Below, piece by piece: positions 41,738 through 53,704 of a stretch of DNA of 64,000 nt. The notes under the pieces are model-generated. The model ran no database searches, was not told the origin of the DNA, and worked only from the letters and a program-made list of their open reading frames with translations. Source of the DNA: Ranitomeya imitator (lineage: Eukaryota); NCBI RefSeq assembly GCF_032444005.1, contig NC_091287.1, forward strand, positions 509,702,001 through 509,766,000. Reading direction: 5' to 3'. The first letter of the stretch is position 1. Each line of letters opens with the position of its first letter. A program made the translations under genes and the position numbers.

Positions 41738-42910
41738 CCACCATTTTCTGCTCATCATATGTCACCATTTCTGATAGTACTGTATACTCATCCTATGTCA
41801 CCATTTCTGATAGTACTGTATGCTCATCATATGTCACCATTTCTGATAGTGCTGTCTGCTCATCATATGTCACCATTTCTGATAGTACTGTACGCTCATC
41901 ATATGTCACCATTTCTGATAGTACTGTCCGCTCACCATAGGTCATCATTTCTGATAGTACTGTCCGCTCACCATATGTCACCATTTCTGATAGTACTGTA
42001 GACTCATCATATGTCACCATTTCTGATAGTGCTGTCTGCTCATCATATGTCACCATTTCTGATTGTACTGTCTGCTCATCATATGTCACCATTTCTGATA
42101 GTACTGTATGCTCATCATATGTCACCATTTCTGATAGTGCTGTCCGCTCACCATAGGTCACCATTTCTGACAGTACTGTCTGCTCATCATATGTCACCAC
42201 TTCTGATAGTACCGTACACTAATCATATGTCACCATTTCTGATAGTACTGTCCGCTCACCATATGTCACCATTTCTGATAGTACTGTATGCTCATCATAT
42301 GTCACCATTTCTGATAGTACTGTGCGCTCATCATATGTCACCATTTCTGATAGTACTGTACACTAATCATATGTCACCATTTCTGATAGTACTGTGCGCT
42401 CATCATATGTCACCATTTCTGATAGTACGTACTCTCATCATATGTCACCATTTCTGAAAGTGCTGTCTGTTCATCATATGTCACCATTTCTGATAGTACT
42501 GTCCGCTCATCATACAGTATGTCATCATTTCTGATAGTGCTGTCTGCTCATCATATGCCACCATTTCTGATAGTACTGTACACTCATCATATGTCACCAT
42601 TTCTGATAGTACTGTCCGTTCATCATGTCACCATTTCTGATTGCACTGTCTGCTCATCATATGTCACCATTTCTGATAGTACTGCACCCTCATCATATGT
42701 CACCATTTCTAATAGTACTGTCTGCTCATCATATTTCACCATTTCTTATAGTACTGTACGCTCATCATATGTCACCATTTTTGATAGTACTGTCCGCTTA
42801 TCACATGTCACCATTTCTGATAGTACTGTCTGCTCATCATATGTCACCATTTCTGATAGTACTGTATGCTCATCATATGTCACCATTTCTGATAGTGCTG
42901 TCCGCTCACC

Positions 42911-43181
42911 ATTATTATTATTATTATTTATTTATTTATATAGCACCATTGATTCCATGGTGCTGTACATGAGAAGGGGTTACATACAAGTTACAAATAT
43001 CACATACAGTAAACAAACTAACAATGACGGACTGATACAGAGGGGCGAGGACCCTGCCCTTGCGGGCTTACATTCTACAGGATTATGGGGAAGGAGACAG
43101 TAGGTTGAGGGTTGCAGGAGCTCCGGTGTTGGTGAGGCGGTAGCTCCGGTGTTGGTGAGGTGGTAGCTCCGGTGTTGGTGA
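42911..43181 (-). mobile_element. L2 3' end, copy 3 (one 23-bp unit shorter)
   Basis: 271 bp versus 294 bp. Confidence 0.85.
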
Positions 43182-44208
43182 CCACCATTTTCTGCTCATC
43201 ATATGTCACCATTTCTGATAGTACTGTCCGCTCACCATAGGTCACCATTTCTGATAGTACTGTCTGCTCATCATATGTCACCATTTCTGATAGTACTGTA
43301 CACTCATCATATGTCACCATTTCTGATAGTACTGTACGCTCATCATATGTCACCATTTCTGATAGTACTGTCCGCTCATCATATGTCACCATTTCTGATA
43401 GTACTGTCCGCTCATCATATGTCACCATTTCTGATAGTACTGTCTGCTCACCATAGGTCACCATTTCTGATAGTACTGTCCGCTCACCATAGGTCATCAT
43501 TTCTGATTGTGCTGTCTGCTCATCATATGTCACCATTTCTGATAGTACTGTACACTCATCATATGTCACCATTTCTGATTGTACTGTCTGCTCATCATAT
43601 GTCACCATTTCTGATTGAACTGTCTGCTCATCATATGTCACCATTTCTGATTGTACTGTCTGCTCATCATATGTCACCATTTCTGATAGTGCTGTCTGCT
43701 CATCATATGTCACCATTTCTGATAGTGCTGTCTGCTCATCATATGTCACCATTTCTGATTGAACTGTCTGCTCATCATATGTCACCATTTCTGATTGTAC
43801 TGTCTGCTCATCATATGTCACCATTTCTGATTGTACTGTCTGCTCATCATATGTCACCATTTCTGATTGTACTGTCTGCTCATCATATGTCACCATTTCT
43901 GATTGTACTGTCTGCTCATCATATGTCACCATTTCTGATTGTACTGTCTGCTCATCATATGTCACCATTTCTGATAGTACTGTCCGCTCATCATATGTCA
44001 CCATTTCTGATAGTACTGTCCGCTCATCATATGTCACCATTTCTGATAGTGCTGTCCGCTCACCATATGCCACCATTTCTGATAGTACTGTCCGCTCACC
44101 ATAGGTCACCATTTCTGACAGTACTGTCTGCTCATCATATGTCACCATTTCTGATAGTACTGTATGCTCATCATATGTCACCATTTCTGATAGTGCTGTC
44201 CGCTCACC

Positions 44209-44502
44209 ATTATTATTATTATTATTTATTTATTTATATAGCACCATTGATTCCATGGTGCTGTACATGAGAAGGGGTTACATACAAGTTACAAATATCA
44301 CATACAGTAAGCAAACTAACAATGACGGACTGATACAGAGGGGCGAGGACCCTGCCCTTGCGGGCTTACATTCTACAGGATTATGGGGAAGGAGACAGTA
44401 GGTTGAGGGTTGCAGGAGCTCCGGTGTTGGTGAGGCGGTAGCTCCGGTGTTGGTGAGGCGGTAGCTCCGGTGTTGGTGAGGTGGTAGCTCCGGTGTTGGT
44501 GA
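44209..44502 (-). mobile_element. L2 3' end, copy 4
   Basis: Copy 2 + 2765 bp; carries the TAAGCAAA variant. Confidence 0.85.
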
Positions 44503-45675
44503 CCACCATTTTCTGCTCATCATATGTCACCATTTCTGATAGTACTGTATACTCATCCTATGTCACCATTTCTGATAGTACTGTATGCTCATCATATGTC
44601 ACCATTTCTGATAGTGCTGTCTGCTCATCATATGTCACCATTTCTGATAGTACTGTACGCTCATCATATGTCACCATTTCTGATAGTACTGTCCGCTCAC
44701 CATAGGTCATCATTTCTGATAGTACTGTCCGCTCACCATATGTCACCATTTCTGATAGTACTGTAGACTCATCATATGTCACCATTTCTGATAGTGCTGT
44801 CTGCTCATCATATGTCACCATTTCTGATTGTACTGTCTGCTCATCATATGTCACCATTTCTGATAGTACTGTATGCTCATCATATGTCACCATTTCTGAT
44901 AGTGCTGTCCGCTCACCATAGGTCACCATTTCTGACAGTACTGTCTGCTCATCATATGTCACCACTTCTGATAGTACCGTACACTAATCATATGTCACCA
45001 TTTCTGATAGTACTGTCCGCTCACCATATGTCACCATTTCTGATAGTACTGTATGCTCATCATATGTCACCATTTCTGATAGTACTGTGCGCTCATCATA
45101 TGTCACCATTTCTGATAGTACTGTACACTAATCATATGTCACCATTTCTGATAGTACTGTGCGCTCATCATATGTCACCATTTCTGATAGTACGTACTCT
45201 CATCATATGTCACCATTTCTGAAAGTGCTGTCTGTTCATCATATGTCACCATTTCTGATAGTACTGTCCGCTCATCATACAGTATGTCATCATTTCTGAT
45301 AGTGCTGTCTGCTCATCATATGCCACCATTTCTGATAGTACTGTACACTCATCATATGTCACCATTTCTGATAGTACTGTCCGTTCATCATGTCACCATT
45401 TCTGATTGCACTGTCTGCTCATCATATGTCACCATTTCTGATAGTACTGCACCCTCATCATATGTCACCATTTCTAATAGTACTGTCTGCTCATCATATT
45501 TCACCATTTCTTATAGTACTGTACGCTCATCATATGTCACCATTTTTGATAGTACTGTCCGCTTATCACATGTCACCATTTCTGATAGTACTGTCTGCTC
45601 ATCATATGTCACCATTTCTGATAGTACTGTATGCTCATCATATGTCACCATTTCTGATAGTGCTGTCCGCTCACC

Positions 45676-45946
45676 ATTATTATTATTATTATTTATTTAT
45701 TTATATAGCACCATTGATTCCATGGTGCTGTACATGAGAAGGGGTTACATACAAGTTACAAATATCACATACAGTAAACAAACTAACAATGACGGACTGA
45801 TACAGAGGGGCGAGGACCCTGCCCTTGCGGGCTTACATTCTACAGGATTATGGGGAAGGAGACAGTAGGTTGAGGGTTGCAGGAGCTCCGGTGTTGGTGA
45901 GGCGGTAGCTCCGGTGTTGGTGAGGTGGTAGCTCCGGTGTTGGTGA
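45676..45946 (-). mobile_element. L2 3' end, copy 5
   Basis: Copy 3 + 2765 bp. Confidence 0.85.
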
Positions 45947-46973
45947 CCACCATTTTCTGCTCATCATATGTCACCATTTCTGATAGTACTGTCCGCTCAC
46001 CATAGGTCACCATTTCTGATAGTACTGTCTGCTCATCATATGTCACCATTTCTGATAGTACTGTACACTCATCATATGTCACCATTTCTGATAGTACTGT
46101 ACGCTCATCATATGTCACCATTTCTGATAGTACTGTCCGCTCATCATATGTCACCATTTCTGATAGTACTGTCCGCTCATCATATGTCACCATTTCTGAT
46201 AGTACTGTCTGCTCACCATAGGTCACCATTTCTGATAGTACTGTCCGCTCACCATAGGTCATCATTTCTGATTGTGCTGTCTGCTCATCATATGTCACCA
46301 TTTCTGATAGTACTGTACACTCATCATATGTCACCATTTCTGATTGTACTGTCTGCTCATCATATGTCACCATTTCTGATTGAACTGTCTGCTCATCATA
46401 TGTCACCATTTCTGATTGTACTGTCTGCTCATCATATGTCACCATTTCTGATAGTGCTGTCTGCTCATCATATGTCACCATTTCTGATAGTGCTGTCTGC
46501 TCATCATATGTCACCATTTCTGATTGAACTGTCTGCTCATCATATGTCACCATTTCTGATTGTACTGTCTGCTCATCATATGTCACCATTTCTGATTGTA
46601 CTGTCTGCTCATCATATGTCACCATTTCTGATTGTACTGTCTGCTCATCATATGTCACCATTTCTGATTGTACTGTCTGCTCATCATATGTCACCATTTC
46701 TGATTGTACTGTCTGCTCATCATATGTCACCATTTCTGATAGTACTGTCCGCTCATCATATGTCACCATTTCTGATAGTACTGTCCGCTCATCATATGTC
46801 ACCATTTCTGATAGTGCTGTCCGCTCACCATATGCCACCATTTCTGATAGTACTGTCCGCTCACCATAGGTCACCATTTCTGACAGTACTGTCTGCTCAT
46901 CATATGTCACCATTTCTGATAGTACTGTATGCTCATCATATGTCACCATTTCTGATAGTGCTGTCCGCTCACC

Positions 46974-47267
46974 ATTATTATTATTATTATTTATTTATTT
47001 ATATAGCACCATTGATTCCATGGTGCTGTACATGAGAAGGGGTTACATACAAGTTACAAATATCACATACAGTAAGCAAACTAACAATGACGGACTGATA
47101 CAGAGGGGCGAGGACCCTGCCCTTGCGGGCTTACATTCTACAGGATTATGGGGAAGGAGACAGTAGGTTGAGGGTTGCAGGAGCTCCGGTGTTGGTGAGG
47201 CGGTAGCTCCGGTGTTGGTGAGGCGGTAGCTCCGGTGTTGGTGAGGTGGTAGCTCCGGTGTTGGTGA
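46974..47267 (-). mobile_element. L2 3' end, copy 6
   Basis: Copy 4 + 2765 bp; carries the TAAGCAAA variant. Confidence 0.85.
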
Positions 47268-48962
47268 CCACCATTTTCTGCTCATCATATGTCACCATTT
47301 CTGATAGTACTGTATACTCATCCTATGTCACCATTTCTGATAGTACTGTATGCTCATCATATGTCACCATTTCTGATAGTGCTGTCTGCTCATCATATGT
47401 CACCATTTCTGATAGTACTGTACGCTCATCATATGTCACCATTTCTGATAGTACTGTCCGCTCACCATAGGTCATCATTTCTGATAGTACTGTCCGCTCA
47501 CCATATGTCACCATTTCTGATAGTACTGTACACTCATCATATGTCACCATTTCTGATAGTGCTGTCTGCTCATCATATGTCACCATTTCTGATTGTACTG
47601 TCTGCTCATCATATGTCACCATTTCTGATAGTACTGTATGCTCATCATATGTCACCATTTCTGATAGTGCTGTCCGCTCACCATAGGTCACCATTTCTGA
47701 CAGTACTGTCTGCTCATCATATGTCACCACTTCTGATAGTACCGTACACTAATCATATGTCACCATTTCTGATAGTACTGTCCGCTCACCATATGTCACC
47801 ATTTCTGATAGTACTGTATGCTCATCATATGTCACCATTTCTGATAGTACTGTGCGCTCATCATATGTCACCATTTCTGATAGTACTGTACACTAATCAT
47901 ATGTCACCATTTCTGATAGTACTGTGCGCTCATCATATGTCACCATTTCTGATAGTACGTACTCTCATCATATGTCACCATTTCTGAAAGTGCTGTCTGT
48001 TCATCATATGTCACCATTTCTGATAGTACTGTCCGCTCATCATACAGTATGTCATCATTTCTGATAGTGCTGTCTGCTCATCATATGCCACCATTTCTGA
48101 TAGTACTGTACACTCATCATATGTCACCATTTCTGATAGTACTGTCCGTTCATCATGTCACCATTTCTGATTGCACTGTCTGCTCATCATATGTCACCAT
48201 TTCTGATAGTACTGCATCCTCATCATATGTCACCATTTCTAATAGTGCTGTCTGCTCATCATATTTCACCATTTCTTATAGTACTGTACGCTCATCATAT
48301 GTCACCATTTTTGATAGTACTGTCCGCTTATCACATGTCACCATTTCTGATAGTACTGTCCGCTCGGCATATGTCACCATTTCTGATAGTACTGTCTGCT
48401 CATCATATGTCACCATTTCTGATACTGCTGTACCCTCATCATATGTCACCATTTCTAATAGTACTGTCTGCTCATCATATGTCACCATTTCTGATAGTAC
48501 TGTACACTCATCATATGTCACCATTTCTGATAGTACTGTCCCGTCATCATATGTCACCATTTCTGATAGTACTGTCTGCTCATCATATGTCACGATTTCT
48601 GATAGTACTGTCCGCTCATCATATGTCACCATTTCTGATTGCACTGTCTGCTCATCATATGTCACCATTTCTGATAGTACTGTACACTCATCATATGTCA
48701 CCATTTCTGATAGTACTGTCCCGTCATCATATGTCACCATTTCTGATAGTACTGTACTCTCATCATATGTCACCATTTCTGATACTGCTGTACCCTCATC
48801 ATATGTCACCATTTCTGATAGTACTGTACACTCATCATATGTCACCATTTCTGATAGTGCTCTCCTCTCAACATATGTCACCATTTCTGATAGTGCTGTC
48901 TTCTCCTCTTATGTCACCATTTCTGATAGTACAGTACCCTCATCATATGTCACCATTTCTAA

Positions 48963-49096
48963 TAGTATGTTCCCATGATGAGATTTTGGGGAGTTTTGAT
49001 ATTACAGATTTCCTGTGCAATTTCTGCACTTAATAAGCAAAATAGGTTACTTGCAGCATGAAAAACTCACCAAAACCTCATTGTGGGAACACAGCA
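48963..49096. mobile_element. Short degenerate Harbinger-type MITE at the right edge of the satellite
   Basis: TATGTTCCCATGATGAG ... CTCATTGTGGGAACACAGCA-TAA. Confidence 0.55.
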
Positions 49097-49136
49097 TAAA
49101 CGTTCCAACATGAATTGCGTCCATGCATAGCTTTAA

Positions 49137-49329
49137 GGCGACGTTCACACTGAAGTATTTGGTCAGTATTTTACATCAGTATTTATAAGCCAAAACCAGG
49201 AGTGGGTGATAAATGCAGAAGTGGTGATGTGTTTCTAATGTACTGTTCCACTGATTGTTCCACTCCTGATTTTGGCTTACAAATACTGATGGAAAATACT
49301 GACCAAATACTGACCGTGTGAACATGGCC
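49137..49329. mobile_element. Harbinger-type MITE
   Basis: TAA-GGCGACGTTCACAC ... GTGTGAACATGGCC-TTA; CAGTATTT/AAATACTG internal inverted repeats. Confidence 0.8.
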
Positions 49330-49332
49330 TTA

Positions 49333-49879
49333 GACCTCCTTCACACATCCGTGTTTCCAGTACATATGTCATCTGTTTTTTTGTTCACAGATTACATTAC
49401 ATTATCACTTATGTTGCTGTGCACGTCTGATTTTTTTCAGCAGCATGGATGACCACGACCGATACAAGTCTATGGGTCCATGAAAAACACATACAGCACA
49501 CGGATGTCATCAGTGTACCATCCGTGTGTCATCAGTGGGTCATCCGTGTGTCATCAGTGGGTCATCCGTGTGTCATCAGTGGGCCATCCGTGTGTCATCA
49601 GTGGGTCATCCGTGTGTCATCAATGGGTCATCCGTGTGTCATCAGTGGGTAACCCGTGTGCCGTCAGTGTGTTGTTTGTGGGTCATCCATATGCCGATAG
49701 TGTCGTCAGTGTGTTGTCTGTGTTTAACATTGCAAAGTATAGAAGAAGTTTTGTAATTTCTTTCTTTGACCATACTGATGGTATACACAGCCACACAGGT
49801 GACACATTGATGGCAAACACTGATGGCACTGGTACCAGTTTTTCACGTATGTGATTAAACATGGATGTGTGAAGGAGAT
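49333..49879. mobile_element. Degenerate Harbinger-type MITE with a 22-bp tandem repeat (GTGTGTCATCAGTGGGTCATCC, ~6 copies at 49500-49660)
   Basis: CTCCTTCACACATCC ... GGATGTGTGAAGGAG termini. Confidence 0.7.
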
Positions 49880-49957
49880 CAAGGAAGTTGTTAACGAGTT
49901 TTGACATATGTTAGTAGCGGTACAGCTGCATAGACGCTCATCACCCAGAAATCTTTA

Positions 49958-50097
49958 GGCTATATTCCCACAATGAGTTTTTAGTGAGTTTTTTTATAAA
50001 CTGCGTATTTTTTTTTTTTAAAAACTACAAGTAACCTATCTTACATAATGGGTGCGGAAAATCTGCAACATCAAAAGCTCATGGTAGGAATGCAGTC
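49958..50097. mobile_element. Short degenerate Harbinger-type MITE
   Basis: TTA-GGCTATATTCCCACAATGAG ... CTCATGGTAGGAATGCAGTC-TAA. Confidence 0.6.
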
Positions 50098-50976
50098 TAA
50101 GGGCTCATATAGACGTCTGTGAGACACGGGCCAAGCACGGACTTCAATGCATGGACTGTCCGTGGGTCTCCCGACCGGACCACAACGCCCTCATATATGC
50201 TTATGAGGCTATTGAGCTTGGGTTGGGAGACCCCCAAACAGTCAATGCATTGCACTCCATACTTGGACCAATTTTCACGGACGCCTGTAAGAGACCTCTT
50301 TGGCCGTGACACAGGTCACACCACCATAGCTTGCTATGCGTCACTGCCACTTCACACAGCAATACAAGTGGATGGAGCCGTAATGGGACCCCAAGGGGAC
50401 TGTGATCAGCAAGATGCAAAAGTATCAAACCGGTTTAGATTTTTTTCGACTTGCTGGTCACAATGCAACGCCATTCACTTCTATTGCTCTGTGAATTGGC
50501 AGTGACACCTGACAAGCCCTGGCGGTGTGACACGTGTCCTTCAAGCCCCAGTCTTATATGTTAATTTTTTAATTTTTTTTAGAGAGAGAGAAGAAGCCAT
50601 TTCCAAATCAGGGGAGCATAGCAGCCAAGGCCTATGGACCGTCCCCACTCGCAACCTCATTAGAATATGGCTTCTAAACTAGATTTCTTGTCACTAGCAC
50701 ATCGGATCTCTACCAAAAAAAGGGATTATTTTTATTGGGGCGGGGGTGAAATCCTACACAGTCAGACCACTGCAGCTAAATGCTGGGGAATGTGCTGACA
50801 GGTTCCATTTAACTACTTTCTTTCCGTTACATTTTTTACCAATTTCCCAGTTTTTGTGGTTTTTGCTAATGTGATACTGGCTGGTTAGAAATCTGTGTCC
50901 AGTACTGCAGGTAGGGAAATCCTATAAATGCCTATTATTACAGCATTACAATGGGCAGCATATATTGCCCCATTAA

Positions 50977-51172
50977 GGCCGGGATCACACATGCGAGAAA
51001 CACGTCCGTGTCTCGCATGTGAAATCCAAGCTCTGGTGCCGGCACTGTGGAGTGGAGCGTGCGGCCGCCTAGCAACACATGGAGCCGCACGCTCCGCTCT
51101 GGAGTGCCGGCGCCAGAGCTTGGATTTCACATGCGAGACACGGACATGTTTCTCGCATGTGTGATCCCGGCC
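50977..51172. mobile_element. Young palindromic Harbinger-type MITE (196 bp)
   Basis: TIR GGCCGGGATCACACATGCGAGAAACA; TAA TSD; near-perfect hairpin. Confidence 0.93.
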
Positions 51173-51197
51173 TAAATGTGGTACTATAAATTTCAGC

Positions 51198-52820
51198 AAA
51201 TCCAAATAGAAGATAGATACTCCAGCTCCGATAAAAATGTGAAATCTTTATTAATCCAAATGGTTAAAATAGAAAATCCTTACATGCGATGGACCAAACA
51301 GGTGTTTGCAACGGTATTGGCAATACCATTGCAAACACCTGTTTGGTCCATCGCATGTAAGGATTTTCTATTTTAACCATTTGGATTAACCCCTTCATGA
51401 CCTTGGGATTTTTCGTTTTTCCGTGTTCGCTTTTCACTCCCCTCCTTCCCAGAGCCATAACTTTTTTATTTTTCCATCAATATGGCAATGTGGGGGCTTA
51501 TTTTTTGCAGGACGAGTTGTACTTTTGAACGACAACATTGGTTTTACCATGTCGTGTACTAGAAAACGGGAAAAAAATTCCAAGTGCGGTGAAATTGCAA
51601 AAAAAAGTGCAATCCCACACTTGTTTTTTGTTTGGCTTTTTTGCTAGGTTCAATAAATGCTAAAACTAACCTGCCATTATGATTCTCCAGGTCAGTACGA
51701 GTTCATAGACACCTAACATGACTAGGTTATTTTTTATCTAAGTGGTGAAAAAAAATTCCAAACTTTGCTAAAAAAAAAAAAAAAAAAAAAAATTGCACCA
51801 TTTTCCGATACTCGTAGCGTCTCCATTTTTCGTGATCTGGGGTCGGTTGAGGGCTTATTTTTTGCGTGCTGAGCTGGCATTTTTAATGATAGCATTTTGG
51901 TGCAGATACGTTCTTTTGATCGCCCGTTATTGCATTTTAATGCAATGTCGCGGCGACCTAAAAAACGTAATTCTGGCGTTTCAAATTTTTTTCTCACTAC
52001 GCCGTTTAGCGATCAGGTTAATGCTTTTTTTTAATTGATAGATCGGGCGATTCTGAGCGTGGCGATACCAAATATGTGTAGATTTGATTTTTTTTTTATT
52101 GATTTATTTTGATTGGGGCAAAAGGGGGGTGATTTAAACTTTTATATTTTTTTTATTTTTTTCACATTTTTTTTTACTTTTTTTTTTTTACTTTTGCCAT
52201 GCTTCAATAGCCTCCATGGGAGGCTAGAAGCAGGCACAACCCGATCGGCTCTGCTACATAGCAGCGATCTGCTGTTCACTGCTATGTAGCAGAATTGCAG
52301 GTGTGCTGTGAGCGCCGACAACAGGGTGGCGCTCACATCCACCGGTGATCAGTAACCATAGAAGTCTCTAGGACCTCTATGGTTACTATTCTGAAGCATC
52401 GCCGACCTCCGATCATGTGACGGGGGTCGGCGATGACGTCATTTCCGGCCGCCCGGCCGGAAGCGGTGGTTAAATGCCGCTGTCTGCGTTTGACAGCGGC
52501 ATTTAACTAGTTAATAGGTGCGGGTAGATCGCGATTCTGCCCGCGCCTATTACGGGCACATGTCAGCTGTTCAAAGCAGATGACATGTCCGGGCTTTGAT
52601 GCGGGCTCACCGCGGAGCCCTGCATCAAAGCAGGGGATCTGACCGCGGACGTACTATCCCGTCCGAGGTCAGATAGGGGTTAATAAAGATTTCACATTTT
52701 TATCGGAGCTGGAGTATCTATCTTCTATTTGGATTTGCTGCTGCTGGACGTCTGGGTCAGGACGAACTCCCGTGCTCCGTGCCTGCTGGTCTGGGTGGTG
52801 GTTTATATACATGTGTCATA
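51198..52820. mobile_element. Fold-back retroelement insertion (Penelope-like, 5'-inverted), ~330 bp once the nested piggyBac-type element is removed
   Basis: 15-bp direct repeat ACTATAAATTTCAGC at 51183-51197 and 52821-52835; 51194-51319 is the reverse complement of 51321-51389 plus 52684-52740; the family assignment is inference. Confidence 0.6.
51390..52679. mobile_element. Non-autonomous piggyBac-type element (1290 bp)
   Basis: TTAA TSD at 51386-51389 and 52680-52683; termini CCCCTTCATGACCT / reverse complement CCCCTATCTGACCT; left end nearly identical to that of the 1559 element. Confidence 0.88.
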
Positions 52821-53704
52821 ACTATAAATTTCAGCCCTCCCTGTCCATTCATTGACCTACAGCACATTGCTTTACTCCAATTACTGCCCATTATTGTGGT
52901 GCTAAAGTTTCAGCTCCCAGTTATATTTTAAACCTCTAGGTACCAATATGAAAACTTCAGCTTAGGGCCCATTCACATGACAGTTTTTCACATAGAGTAG
53001 TGTCCTGTCTGTCAGTGTTTTGTTATGTTCTATGTGGCCATTCACTTGTTTTTTTTTTCCTGGGTCGGAGAAAAAAAATGGACAGCACAGTGATGGCATC
53101 CCGATGCAAATGGATGACAAGTGGGTGGTAAAAATGGACATGTGGTCCAAACGCGAAGACTGATCAGATCCATCGCACTGATGAAAAATAGTCTGTTTTT
53201 CCCCAACGAGAGAAATCACTGACCTAGGAATTCAGCCTATAGTTGGTTTCACGCATCACTTTTTTCTCATTCGGTCTATGGTTTTCTTTGTTTTGTTTTT
53301 TCAGCACTTTTAGTCCGGCGTCACACTAGCGAGTTTTACGGACGTATGAGAGGCGCAGAAAATACGAATTGCATACGGTACAGTGATTCTCTATGGCCCA
53401 GCTCCTACCTGCCGTATTTTAAGGATCCATATTATGCTGTCTTGTACGGCCGAAGAAAATCGCAGCATGCAGCGTTTGTCAGCGTATTGCGCAAAAAATC
53501 CACCAATGAAAGTCAATGGGGGTGAGAAAAATACGGATTACACACGGACCAGCAGTGTGACTTGCGAGAAATACGCCAGACATCTCCAGGTGCCAGGAAA
53601 TGTGCCAAGCCCTCAATCAGGAAGCTCAGACATGCTAATTAGCTGAAAAAGCCAGACAGACATCCCGGAAGTCTGGCACTCGCCTCCAGGGAGTTGCAAG
53701 CAGC

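Larger units (their letters stand above)
38742..48966. repeat. 36-bp satellite/minisatellite array (~236 monomers) with higher-order repeats
   Basis: Monomer CATATGTCACCATTTCTGATAGTACTGTCCGCTCAT; 2765-bp periodicity visible in the ORF track (41513/44278/47043; 42519/45284; 43075/45840). Confidence 0.99.

Noticed and set aside
38740-48978. Long ORFs of 200-534 aa annotated as genes
   Set aside because: They are direct translations of the 36-bp monomer on both strands, with no unique domain or gene context
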